Shown one piece after another: positions 16,988-26,338 of a stretch of 64,000 nt of DNA (position 1 is the stretch's first letter; every line of letters begins with the position of its first letter). Under the pieces are notes generated by a model. The model did no database searches. It had not been told where the DNA came from and was given only the letters and a program-made list of their open reading frames with translations. Location of the stretch: IMG/VR virus record IMGVR_UViG_3300016476_001599, positions 54,847 to 118,846 of that record, one strand, 5' to 3'. Both the position numbers and the translations under genes were made by a program. The DNA is from a virus.

Positions 16988-18523
16988 ATGGGTAAAGAAG
17001 TTGTTTTGATAAAAAACGGGAACATTTTGCTTGTGGACCCGGGCGTTGTAGACCCGAAAATAGTGGAGATTCTGGGGCCCAAACTTAGTTTCGAGTCGTT
17101 CCGTAAGCTGGTCGGTCGTGAACTGTACGACGCAAAAAGAAACGGTTTAAAGACCTTCGCTATTGATCGGCACATTCTTTTCGAGCTTGATTTCAAAGGG
17201 AGAGTTGCAGCTCCGTTTGGTTTTTGGAAGACTGTGTCGGATACATTGAAGTCTGCAGGATATGCCGTTCGTTATCACGACAACACCCCGACTGTCGTGA
17301 ATCAGCAGCACAAGGCAGCAAAAAACAAAGCGTTACGTTTCGAGATATTCATGGACAACATCGCGGATTATCAGTTGCGGGATCATCAGCCTGAGTTTTT
17401 GAACGCGATCATTAAAAACAGCTGTGGTCGTATAGACTGCGCACCTGGCTTCGGTAAATCGTTTATGATTGGAATCGTGGCTTCCGTTTTTCCGCGGGCA
17501 AGAATAGACGTCGTGTCCAAGCGGGTAGCTGTTTTGAGGGACAGAATTTATCCGGAGCTGACTTCTATGGTCGGCGATGTGGGTATCGTGGGCGGCGGAA
17601 AAAGCATTAAAGACCGCCGAGTGATGTGCTACACGGCTAACTCGTTGAAGCACAGCAAGGCGGATGCGGACATACTGATCGGTGACGAGTGTCACGAGCT
17701 TGCTGCGGATAAAGCGTCGGAAGAGCTGATACGCTATCAGGACAGTCGAAATTACGGCCTGTCGGCTAGCCATGACGTTCGTTACGACAACAAGGACTTA
17801 CGGTTAGAAGGTATATTCGGTCCCATTATTTACCGTGTTCCGTACCAGACGGCGCAAGGCTCAGGGCTTGTTGTGCCCATCGAAATACGGTGGACAAACG
17901 TCAAATTAGACTACAATCCTTGTGCAGGCGTAGACACAGACGACTCGGTAAAGCGTAAACGCTTCGGTATTTGGACTAACGAGCTGCGTAACATGGCTAT
18001 CGCCAATGACGCGAGATCTTACGACAAGGAAACGCAGGTTCTAATCACGGTCGACACAATTACTCACGCTTTTCACCTGAAGAAGCTGTTACCTGAATTT
18101 ACACTGGTGTACGCTGACGAGGGTCTTACGCCCGAGGAGTTGCAGAACTACAAGCGGCAGAAGTTTTGTTCTGCAACGGAGCCGCTGATGGATTTCGCGA
18201 GGAAAAAAATGTTGACGCAAAAATTCGAGAAAGGCGAGCTCAAGAAAGTGATCGCGACAACGGTTTGGAATGTTGGTGTTTCTTTCAATAACTTGGCTGT
18301 GCTTGTCCGAGGTAATGGCGGCAGCAGTGCGATCGACAGCACGCAGATTCCTGGCCGAGTAAGTCGCATTGCGGAGGGTAAAACTTTCGGTATTATCCAC
18401 GACTACCTTGACGGGTGGGATAAAGGCTTTGACCGCCAAACCAGAGGGCGGCTTAAGGTTTATCGCCAACACGGTTGGGTGCAGAAATTTCCTGACTCGC
18501 AGCTTGAAAGGCTCTATTCTTGA
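16988..18523 (+). CDS. superfamily 2 DNA helicase (UvsW-like)
   Basis: LRDHQ, APGFGKS, DECH, SAS and QIPGRVSR motifs. Confidence 0.9.
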   Translation: MGKEVVLIKNGNILLVDPGVVDPKIVEILGPKLSFESFRKLVGRELYDAKRNGLKTFAIDRHILFELDFKGRVAAPFGFWKTVSDTLKSAGYAVRYHDNTPTVVNQQHKAAKNKALRFEIFMDNIADYQLRDHQPEFLNAIIKNSCGRIDCAPGFGKSFMIGIVASVFPRARIDVVSKRVAVLRDRIYPELTSMVGDVGIVGGGKSIKDRRVMCYTANSLKHSKADADILIGDECHELAADKASEELIRYQDSRNYGLSASHDVRYDNKDLRLEGIFGPIIYRVPYQTAQGSGLVVPIEIRWTNVKLDYNPCAGVDTDDSVKRKRFGIWTNELRNMAIANDARSYDKETQVLITVDTITHAFHLKKLLPEFTLVYADEGLTPEELQNYKRQKFCSATEPLMDFARKKMLTQKFEKGELKKVIATTVWNVGVSFNNLAVLVRGNGGSSAIDSTQIPGRVSRIAEGKTFGIIHDYLDGWDKGFDRQTRGRLKVYRQHGWVQKFPDSQLERLYS

Positions 18524-19317
18524 TGTTTTCAAAGCCTCCAAAACCCTCAAACAGATCTAAGGCCGTTCCCGCCGCAAACGCTTCAAACGACAACCTTTCA
18601 GGGCATGTTTTGCTGTTCAAGCGGACGTATATCTTAGAGCGTCGAGTCTTAGACATGTGTCGATCAGAGGGCGACGCTCCTGTGTACAAGCCTGCGGCCA
18701 GTCTTGACGGTGGTAAACGCTACAACACGCCGGAAGAGAAAGAGAAGCAGAACAGCTGGGAATCGGCTTACCGTGCAGTTGCTGCCATCTGTAAGCCTGC
18801 CACGCCGATCGAGTACGTGCGTATATTGTTCAACTCGCTACGGTCTAGTTCGTTGGCGACTCCGACTGTGTTGCAGTTGGCTTCGGCGGCTAACGCACAA
18901 ATTGTGCGAGACTACGCAAAAGACGCATTTAAACGACTTCAGTCGAGTTTTATAACGGATTCGGCTAGAGCTAAAACGGAAATACTTTTGCGGCTGGGGG
19001 GAAAATCCGGGACTAGGCAGGCTACGTTTACGGCGATATATTGCACCCTGCTGGATGCACGTTTGGGTCTATCCCCGCTTTACCGTTATTGTTTAGCGAC
19101 GGATGCACTTAAAAAAGCACAGGACGAGCGTAAAGCTGGTGTGAACATGGATTTTAGAATTTCGCGTATGGAAACCTACGTGAAAGACTTGGAATTCTTG
19201 GCAGCTTTCGACTATACCGTTTTTCCGGAAATTTACAGTTCGGTTTACGGAAGTAGTTTGCCGTCTGGGTTTAAAGAATTGGCTTTGTCCTTGGTGGATT
19301 CCGCCCGGGACGTTTAA
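18520..19317 (+). CDS. hypothetical protein between the two helicases
   Basis: Coupled 265-aa ORF. Confidence 0.75.
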   Translation: MMFSKPPKPSNRSKAVPAANASNDNLSGHVLLFKRTYILERRVLDMCRSEGDAPVYKPAASLDGGKRYNTPEEKEKQNSWESAYRAVAAICKPATPIEYVRILFNSLRSSSLATPTVLQLASAANAQIVRDYAKDAFKRLQSSFITDSARAKTEILLRLGGKSGTRQATFTAIYCTLLDARLGLSPLYRYCLATDALKKAQDERKAGVNMDFRISRMETYVKDLEFLAAFDYTVFPEIYSSVYGSSLPSGFKELALSLVDSARDV

Positions 19318-19328
19318 AGGAAATCGTC

Positions 19329-21023
19329 ATGAGTGGGCAGCAAAAAGTGCTGTCAGAAGCTCATTTGAAACTCTTTTTGGCTGTCTTGTTTCGCAACGAG
19401 CAAGTATTCGAGAGTTTCAAATCAAGCCTGACAGCGAGTCATTTTGACTTTGCAGGGTATCAACTGCTCTACAAGGTTGTTTGGGATTATTTTAATGAAA
19501 ATCAATGTCTTCCAGATTTGTCGCAGATCAACGCGGACATTGCCAGCTACATCGAGAATGAATACTTCTCGCTGGACGATGCCGAGTACGACGCGTTAGA
19601 CGATTTTTTGTACTACGCTTTCGACCCTGGCCTGTTCAAAGAACCGGACGGACCGAAAAGCGTCAAGGCGGAAAATTTCGCTTTTAACTTTGCGACTAAG
19701 TTTTTGCTGGAGCAGCAAAAACGAGCCGCTATTTCTCAGCTAAGTGACCTCAGCGACGTTGGTCAATTGCCGGCTATTTTCCAACAGGCTACAGCTCAAA
19801 CCGAGTCGTTGATGGGTTTGTCGGTTTCCGGAGGCAGAAACCTGACGCTTCCGGTTGGTTGGGATAAAAGGGCCGGTGTCTACTTAGAGTCATGCGGTGT
19901 CAGTTTCTTGGATACCTTTCTCGAGGGTGGAACTGCTCCGGGCGAAGTTTATGGCGTGCTGGCGCCATTCGGATCCTACAAGACTACTTTGGCTGTGATG
20001 CTTTGGTACGCTGCAGCCGAGCAAGCGTGTAGCAAGTACTTGAGCGGAGAGTCGAACGGTAAAAAGGGTTTGTCGGTTCTCGTGTCTTACGAGGCTCCGT
20101 TGCAGGACGAGTTGAGGGATCGTCTGCTGATGTATGCAGCGAGGATTTCCCGGACGCGTCTTCAAGCCATGGGTACGAACGGTGTTTCTATATTTGGAGT
20201 CGACCCGGAGTCGCCGCAAGATTACGAAAAGATTCTTTTTAAAGAGCAGATAGCGAATGGTGTTTTTGAGCCGGAGATGCAGCGTTATGAACGAGTTTTG
20301 CCGGTCGTTAACGAGCACACAGTTTGTCTTGATTTCACCGGTAGGCACGAGAAATTTAAGACGGCGGGTAACCGCGGCGTGTCGGAAATTGTGTCGGCCA
20401 TAAAAGCGGAATTAAAGAGGTGCGGGCCGGATTATTATATCTCGACTGTAATCGTTGATTACGTTGGTCTCATGGTTCAAAGGGATGTGACGGTTGATCC
20501 CAAGGAAAAACAACGTGAGGACAAGTTGTATCAGCTCGCAGGATTGCAGCTTGTCAATCGGGTGGCTATGCCTTTCAACACGCCGGTTTGGGCATTTCAC
20601 CAGCTTTCTGGTGAAGCGAATGCCGTTTTGAATCCGGCAAAAAGGATGGATCACACGCAAGCGAAAGGTTCGAAAAGCTTTGCCGAGAACCTTGCGTTTT
20701 GTTTTGTAGGTGGACGTTTAAACGACGATTACATGGGTCAACTTTGTTGCTCTAAGCATCGTCGCGCGGGCCAGCACAATCCTGTTTTGTTGAAAGTTGA
20801 CGGTTCGTTCAACATGGTTACGGCCCCGGAAGGCTACACTATTGATCGGCTTGGAAAAATTGTCCGGAAAGACAGCTTAGGCGCTTCAACCATCTTGTCA
20901 CCAGACGTCTTTAATGTAGTTCCAGGTATGGCTGCATCCGATGCCGATCCTTTTTCCGACTACGATGAAGAAAGTAATATGGATTATGCTTCGGAGCAAA
21001 TTTCAAATTTAAGCGAAGAATAG
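19329..21023 (+). CDS. DnaB-like (SF4) replicative helicase
   Basis: Walker A APFGSYKTT, SYE, VIVDYVGLM, FHQLS, GSKSFAEN, SKHR; upstream of primase. Confidence 0.8.
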   Translation: MSGQQKVLSEAHLKLFLAVLFRNEQVFESFKSSLTASHFDFAGYQLLYKVVWDYFNENQCLPDLSQINADIASYIENEYFSLDDAEYDALDDFLYYAFDPGLFKEPDGPKSVKAENFAFNFATKFLLEQQKRAAISQLSDLSDVGQLPAIFQQATAQTESLMGLSVSGGRNLTLPVGWDKRAGVYLESCGVSFLDTFLEGGTAPGEVYGVLAPFGSYKTTLAVMLWYAAAEQACSKYLSGESNGKKGLSVLVSYEAPLQDELRDRLLMYAARISRTRLQAMGTNGVSIFGVDPESPQDYEKILFKEQIANGVFEPEMQRYERVLPVVNEHTVCLDFTGRHEKFKTAGNRGVSEIVSAIKAELKRCGPDYYISTVIVDYVGLMVQRDVTVDPKEKQREDKLYQLAGLQLVNRVAMPFNTPVWAFHQLSGEANAVLNPAKRMDHTQAKGSKSFAENLAFCFVGGRLNDDYMGQLCCSKHRRAGQHNPVLLKVDGSFNMVTAPEGYTIDRLGKIVRKDSLGASTILSPDVFNVVPGMAASDADPFSDYDEESNMDYASEQISNLSEE

Positions 21024-21044
21024 TCGCAGAAAAGGGTAAACTCA

Positions 21045-22145
21045 GTGACAGACAACAAACCCTTGAACGTGTTGCTTTATAATCGAATCAAAGCGACGTT
21101 TAAGAACGTCAGAATAAGCCATCAAAACGAGAAGCAAGAAAGAAAGCTACGAATTGATTTTCTTACTAACCGCGAAATGATCGACATACGGAACTGGGGA
21201 GAGTCTTATTCCGTTTGCTGTCCTTTCTGCAATGATACTCGTTTCCGTTGCGTGATAAATCACAGATACGGGACGGTTGACGAGCATAACCGGGTTCAAT
21301 CCAGACTCGTAGTTTGTTTTAACGCCGGTTGTCCGTTGGCGTTGAAAAACCCGGAATGCTATGACCGTCTTGAGCAGATGCTTACAGGGCGAAAACTTTT
21401 TGACCTTGCTAAAGCGGAGATAGCTGTCGGCAGCGCGTTGAACATTGATAATTTCAGGATGAATTGGCCCGGTGATGTCATTCGTGTCGACAAGCTTCCG
21501 GACGATCATCCGGCGACCTTGTGGCTTGCGGGAGTGCGAGGTTTCAACGTAAAGCGACTGGGAACATATTACAACGTTCACTGGTGTGACAAAAGCAAGC
21601 ATGCTTTGTGCAGGGACCGAATCGTCATACCGATTTACATGAACAAGAAGATGGTAGGTTTTCAAACAAGGCCTCCGTACGATACGGACTGGAAATTGGC
21701 AAGCGTTCCAAAGTACTACACCGCAAAGGGTACGCCCAAAAGACAGATAATTTACAACCTGGGGAATATGATGAAATGCGAGACCGGAATCGTTGTAGAG
21801 GGGGTTACGAGCGTTTGGCGGGGCGGTGATCAGTTCGGTGCGATACTCGGTTCAGCTGTGACGCCGGCTCAATATGATTTGCTTGTAAAACACTTTAAAG
21901 ACCATTCTGTTGTTTTGCTGCTAGACCCGGATGTTTTTCTGGAAAGCGCGAAGCGTAAGGTTTTGGACAGCTTGATGACGGTGGAAAAACGATTGAAGTC
22001 TGATTTGAAAGGCGGTTGCTGTTCGGTTTGGTTACCGGAGGGAACCGACCCGGCAGATTTTGACCCGGCTTTCCTTAGGGAATATATCGCTAATGCGGCG
22101 GCTGAGCAGGGTGTCACAGTTTCGTGGAGGAAACGCAATGGCTAG
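21045..22145 (+). CDS. DNA primase (Zn finger + TOPRIM)
   Basis: CPFC...CFNAGC; RIVIPI...GFQTR; IVVEG, LDPD, DPAD. Confidence 0.9.
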   Translation: MTDNKPLNVLLYNRIKATFKNVRISHQNEKQERKLRIDFLTNREMIDIRNWGESYSVCCPFCNDTRFRCVINHRYGTVDEHNRVQSRLVVCFNAGCPLALKNPECYDRLEQMLTGRKLFDLAKAEIAVGSALNIDNFRMNWPGDVIRVDKLPDDHPATLWLAGVRGFNVKRLGTYYNVHWCDKSKHALCRDRIVIPIYMNKKMVGFQTRPPYDTDWKLASVPKYYTAKGTPKRQIIYNLGNMMKCETGIVVEGVTSVWRGGDQFGAILGSAVTPAQYDLLVKHFKDHSVVLLLDPDVFLESAKRKVLDSLMTVEKRLKSDLKGGCCSVWLPEGTDPADFDPAFLREYIANAAAEQGVTVSWRKRNG

Positions 22146-25100
22146 AAAAATAGAAAAGCTCGGCGGTATTGTTAGTTCTTCCGGCAAGTTAAGCGTGGCC
22201 GAACAAAGAACCAAGCTGGCACATTTGGAAAAAATATTGAAGGGGTCGGAGATTTACGGGTTAGACTCGCCAGGTCTGCCTACGTTGTATGGTGGAAGCG
22301 CCTTTCTACAGTACGCGCAGGCAAAAGGCGACGACAGCGATTCTTTCATGTATGATCTCGTAAGGGCCGCTCTCCGCGACAGTTCGTTTGTTTTGCCGGT
22401 TGAAACTGCGGCGCATCAGACGAAAGATGCTAAGTTCTTGCCGGGCCATTTGTGGGGTTCTACCGTAGAAGGGCCCAGGCGAGCCAAGATCATGATCATT
22501 AACAAAAACCCTTGGGTTTTGTCGATGAAAAACGGTCGTTGTTTCGCCGACGAAGACGGAAAAATCCTCATGGATATTTTTGCAAGTTGCAAAATGACGA
22601 ACATTGGAAACATTTACGTCACGCATCTTGTGAAATTTATGCCGCCAAACGGCAAGACAACGTTTAGAGCCCAGTGGGTTAAAGACGGCGCCTATCTTCT
22701 GGCGCACGAGATAAAAATCGTGCAACCGGATTATATTTTGTGTCTGGGGACCGACGCCAGCAAAGCACTGCTGGGAGACGGTCATGGTGTTAACGACATG
22801 CTGGGCAAGGTCGTTAAATACCGTTACAACATAGCGCTGGACGCAAGGGACGCAGAATCGAGCTGGCTTGAAGCGAGTGTGATGACCGTAGTTCATCCGC
22901 GTCAAACTGCGAGGGACCAGTCGGCCATTCGCGCGTTGGAGAACGGGCTAGCCTCTTTCGTCAATTTGACGCAGGGTAAAAGCATTAGCTTCGACACTAA
23001 TGTAGATCACAACGTTGTTTCTTCGTTCGACGAATTGATTTACTATTTCTCGGAAATCGACAAAGATTACGACCCGGTCGAGGAGGTTATTTCGGTTGAC
23101 GCAGAGTGGAACGGACAGCATCCAATTAACGAAGGTTCGTACATGCGAACAATTCAGCTCGCATGGAAACCTGGCAAGGCTATTGGTATCATTCTGCATC
23201 TTGCAGGAGGTGCCGTTAATCCGGACATTGATGCTAAAAACAATTCCGAGGTTACGGCATTGTTTAATGCTTTTTTCAAAGGAGGCAGTGTAACAGTCAC
23301 GCGGGAAGACGGTTCGGAAGCTGTTCTGAAGTTCAAACGTAAGCGTGTGGTCGGTCACTTTTTCAACGCTGACTTGGAGTGGCTTGTCGACTATGGGATA
23401 GATATTCAGGAGTGTTTTTCGTGCAAGCTCTACGACTTGGTCCTGCCGAGTTCTGACGCTGTACCTAAAGCATCAAAGCGACTCTTTAATTGCTATCTTG
23501 AAGACGGATTTAAGCCGGGAGAAACTGTTCCAGCGTGGTATCGTACGAAGTACGAGGGCGGGGCAGACACTGGCTTAATGTGCCACGCAATAGAGGAGAC
23601 GGCTAACTATAAGTTGGAGCTTCTTGCGGCCAGGTATCTTAATTCCCATAGGTACGACGCGGAGTTGCAAGAGTGGAAGACGAGCTACTGTAAACAAAAA
23701 GGGCTGTCCTCCGAGTCACTTGAAGGTTACGGCGAATGTCCGGACAATGTTCTACTGCCTTACGGCATGTGGGACGCGGATGTTACGCTTCGTCTTTACT
23801 ACAAGTTTAACCCGCTGCTGGATAGCGATTACGACGGTAACTGTTGCAGGGAAGCTTTCTGGGAGGCTCAAATTGCAACGCCGGCTGTGCTTGACATCCA
23901 CCGCAGCGGTATGACTCTTGACAGATCGCGTGTCGATTTTTTGACGGTTCAATTTATCGACGGTCGAACCGCTTTAGAAACCAAGATACGCGAAAGCTTA
24001 AATTGGCCGGACTTCAATATTCGGTCATTAACGCAGGTCCGAGAGGTTCTTTTCGGGCACCTGCTTAACGGCAAGCGTGATCCTGAAACAGGTGGTCCCG
24101 TTCGCGTGCGACCAGCCGATGCAATTTCTTTAAACCTTATGCCGCTTTACGATACAAGTAAACCGCCAAAGCCATGGGAAGAAATTCGGCAGAAAAACGT
24201 TGAAAGTCAGCACAGTCCTTGTACTAGCAAACAAGTTTTGTCCATCTTGGTGCAGACAGTTTCCGACGCGAAAGCGAGAGAAGTGCTTGGTATGCTGCGA
24301 GATCACCGTTTTCTTGATCAAGCGCTGAAAACGGTTTTAAGGCCGCCGAACACCGACCCGTGTACGCACGAAACCTGTTATGACGAGGATGGCAACATGG
24401 AGTATGCCAAAGGTCTCGCCGCCTCTTGCTGTTCTGATGGAAAAATTAGGACGCACATATATCAAACGAAGGAGACCGGAAGGTGGTCGAGCGCTAGGCC
24501 CAATTTGACGAACATATCGAAAAAGCGGGACAAGGACTTTAAACGCATTCTGGGCAGCAAGTACAAGTACAAACTGCGAAGTATCTTGAAAGCCTCTCCG
24601 GGCCATGTGTTTGTTGAAGCGGACTATGTTGGTGCAGAGCTTTTCGGTATGGCGGTTATGTCTGGCGACACGGCTATGATCGAGCATGCGAGGCGTAACC
24701 AGTTGGAGGACACGCACCCTAATTACTATGACATTCACTCGAATGTGGCAGTTAACGCCTTCAAGCTGAAATGCCCTCCGACCAAAAAAGGACTGGAACA
24801 GATCAAAAAGGACCACCTTCGCAACGTGGCAAAGTCTGTTATCTTCGGCATAGCTTACGGTAGAGGCGCAAAGGCTATTTCGGTGGGTGCTAAGGAAGAA
24901 GGTATCGATATCTCGGTAGACGAGGCAAAGGCGGTTATTAAGACCATTTTTGCAACGTACCCGAAACTCGTACCTTTTTTCGAGGGTTGCAAGGAGCGTG
25001 CACGCGGTTACTACCTGGATAGCAATCATCAACCTGTTCCCGTGCCGCGATACCTGTGCAACTGTTTTGGGCGATTTAGGCGTTTTCCGGATAGCTTCGG

Positions 25101-25659
25101 CGCCAGCGATTTGGAATCCGAGTTTGAACGGCAAGCTATGAACTTCCCGATTCAAAGCATGATCGCCTCGGTGGCGAGCAGAGCCGTCGGTTACTTGATC
25201 GACTACAGGAACAAACAGATCAAGCTTGGTCATAATATGTTCAAGCTGCTTCTGCAAATCCATGACGCACTAATCTTGGAGGTTCCGTATCGCTACGTTA
25301 AACACGTGTGCGAGTATGTCATTCCTACGTACATGCGAAAAGCCGTCCCGATTTTCCCAACGCACATTAGCGGTGCGCTCGAGGGTGAGCCTACAGGTGC
25401 AGGTCCCTTTTATCTTGGTATCGAGGGGGAGGTGACTACGAACTGGGGCGAGCGTATATTTGACGCGGACGCTAAAAGACTTGGTTTGCCTGTAGGGCGT
25501 GGCGTTGTAGATGGCTGCGTTGTGCACTATAGTCAAACGCCGAAAGCGGGCGAAGAGCGATCGGTCGTAGACGTCTCGAAACCTCGTGCTAAGCGAGACA
25601 TAACGCCTCCAGATCCGTATGTACCTGGGAAGTTCAAGGCATCAAAACGTAGGCGATAA
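22138..25659 (+). CDS. family A DNA polymerase with N-terminal uracil-DNA glycosylase-like domain and 3'-5' exonuclease
   Basis: GGAGG RBS; exonuclease DAE and YGMWDA; ETGRWSS; motif A EADYVGAEL; motif B RNVAKSVIFGIAYG; motif C QIHDALI; UDG-like EIKIVQPDYILCLG...HP. Confidence 0.93.
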   Translation: MARKIEKLGGIVSSSGKLSVAEQRTKLAHLEKILKGSEIYGLDSPGLPTLYGGSAFLQYAQAKGDDSDSFMYDLVRAALRDSSFVLPVETAAHQTKDAKFLPGHLWGSTVEGPRRAKIMIINKNPWVLSMKNGRCFADEDGKILMDIFASCKMTNIGNIYVTHLVKFMPPNGKTTFRAQWVKDGAYLLAHEIKIVQPDYILCLGTDASKALLGDGHGVNDMLGKVVKYRYNIALDARDAESSWLEASVMTVVHPRQTARDQSAIRALENGLASFVNLTQGKSISFDTNVDHNVVSSFDELIYYFSEIDKDYDPVEEVISVDAEWNGQHPINEGSYMRTIQLAWKPGKAIGIILHLAGGAVNPDIDAKNNSEVTALFNAFFKGGSVTVTREDGSEAVLKFKRKRVVGHFFNADLEWLVDYGIDIQECFSCKLYDLVLPSSDAVPKASKRLFNCYLEDGFKPGETVPAWYRTKYEGGADTGLMCHAIEETANYKLELLAARYLNSHRYDAELQEWKTSYCKQKGLSSESLEGYGECPDNVLLPYGMWDADVTLRLYYKFNPLLDSDYDGNCCREAFWEAQIATPAVLDIHRSGMTLDRSRVDFLTVQFIDGRTALETKIRESLNWPDFNIRSLTQVREVLFGHLLNGKRDPETGGPVRVRPADAISLNLMPLYDTSKPPKPWEEIRQKNVESQHSPCTSKQVLSILVQTVSDAKAREVLGMLRDHRFLDQALKTVLRPPNTDPCTHETCYDEDGNMEYAKGLAASCCSDGKIRTHIYQTKETGRWSSARPNLTNISKKRDKDFKRILGSKYKYKLRSILKASPGHVFVEADYVGAELFGMAVMSGDTAMIEHARRNQLEDTHPNYYDIHSNVAVNAFKLKCPPTKKGLEQIKKDHLRNVAKSVIFGIAYGRGAKAISVGAKEEGIDISVDEAKAVIKTIFATYPKLVPFFEGCKERARGYYLDSNHQPVPVPRYLCNCFGRFRRFPDSFGASDLESEFERQAMNFPIQSMIASVASRAVGYLIDYRNKQIKLGHNMFKLLLQIHDALILEVPYRYVKHVCEYVIPTYMRKAVPIFPTHISGALEGEPTGAGPFYLGIEGEVTTNWGERIFDADAKRLGLPVGRGVVDGCVVHYSQTPKAGEERSVVDVSKPRAKRDITPPDPYVPGKFKASKRRR

Positions 25660-25664
25660 ATAGA

Positions 25665-26336
25665 ATGTTGCTTTGTATCGAAGGCATTGATGGTTCGGGC
25701 AAAGGAACCATCACCGAGTTGTTAAAGGAGCACTTTGACCGGGCCGGCAAGAAAACGCAGTTGTTTTCCTTTCCGGCTTACTGCAAAAACGCTTGGAGCG
25801 AGCTCATCGGAAAGTACTTAGACGGCCAATTCGGACTTTTTCCGATAGAGGTGCAAGCCGCTTTGTTTGCGTTAGAGCGGCTTCACTCTAGGGAGGAGCT
25901 GAAGGCTGCATTAGCTTGTAATGACATTGTCTTTTGTGACAGGTATGTTCCGAGCAACTTGGCTTACGCTGCTGCTGGCGTAGAAAAGGAGAAAGAGCAG
26001 CAGATCATTAAATTGATTTTGGATTTAGAGTACGAACAAATGGGTTTACCTCGTCCCGACGGAATTGTTTTCATGGACATGCCGTTGGATTTGGCTATCA
26101 GCAACGTCGCTAAAAAGCAGGGGAGACGCTACACAAAAAACGTCCTGGATCTGCTTGAAAGACAGCGAGAGCTGTTGCATAATGTCGCTGGCTTTTACGC
26201 GCAAATGCAGCAGTGGCACCCTGATGCCAAGTTTTTGCGGGTCGATTGCACAACTGGCGAAAAGCAGGACGATTTGAGGTATTTTCCAGATTTAGTTTCA
26301 GAAGTTGTTTCATTCATTCAGAGTTTTTTGGAGTAA
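25665..26336 (+). CDS. tmk: thymidylate (dTMP) kinase
   Basis: IEGIDGSGKGT P-loop, FP, DRYVPSNLAY, PRPD. Confidence 0.88.
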   Translation: MLLCIEGIDGSGKGTITELLKEHFDRAGKKTQLFSFPAYCKNAWSELIGKYLDGQFGLFPIEVQAALFALERLHSREELKAALACNDIVFCDRYVPSNLAYAAAGVEKEKEQQIIKLILDLEYEQMGLPRPDGIVFMDMPLDLAISNVAKKQGRRYTKNVLDLLERQRELLHNVAGFYAQMQQWHPDAKFLRVDCTTGEKQDDLRYFPDLVSEVVSFIQSFLE

Positions 26337-26338
26337 AA

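Noticed and set aside
22138-25659. Intein or intron in the long polymerase
   Set aside because: No intein splice motifs or LAGLIDADG blocks were seen; the length is explained by the UDG-like domain and insertions.
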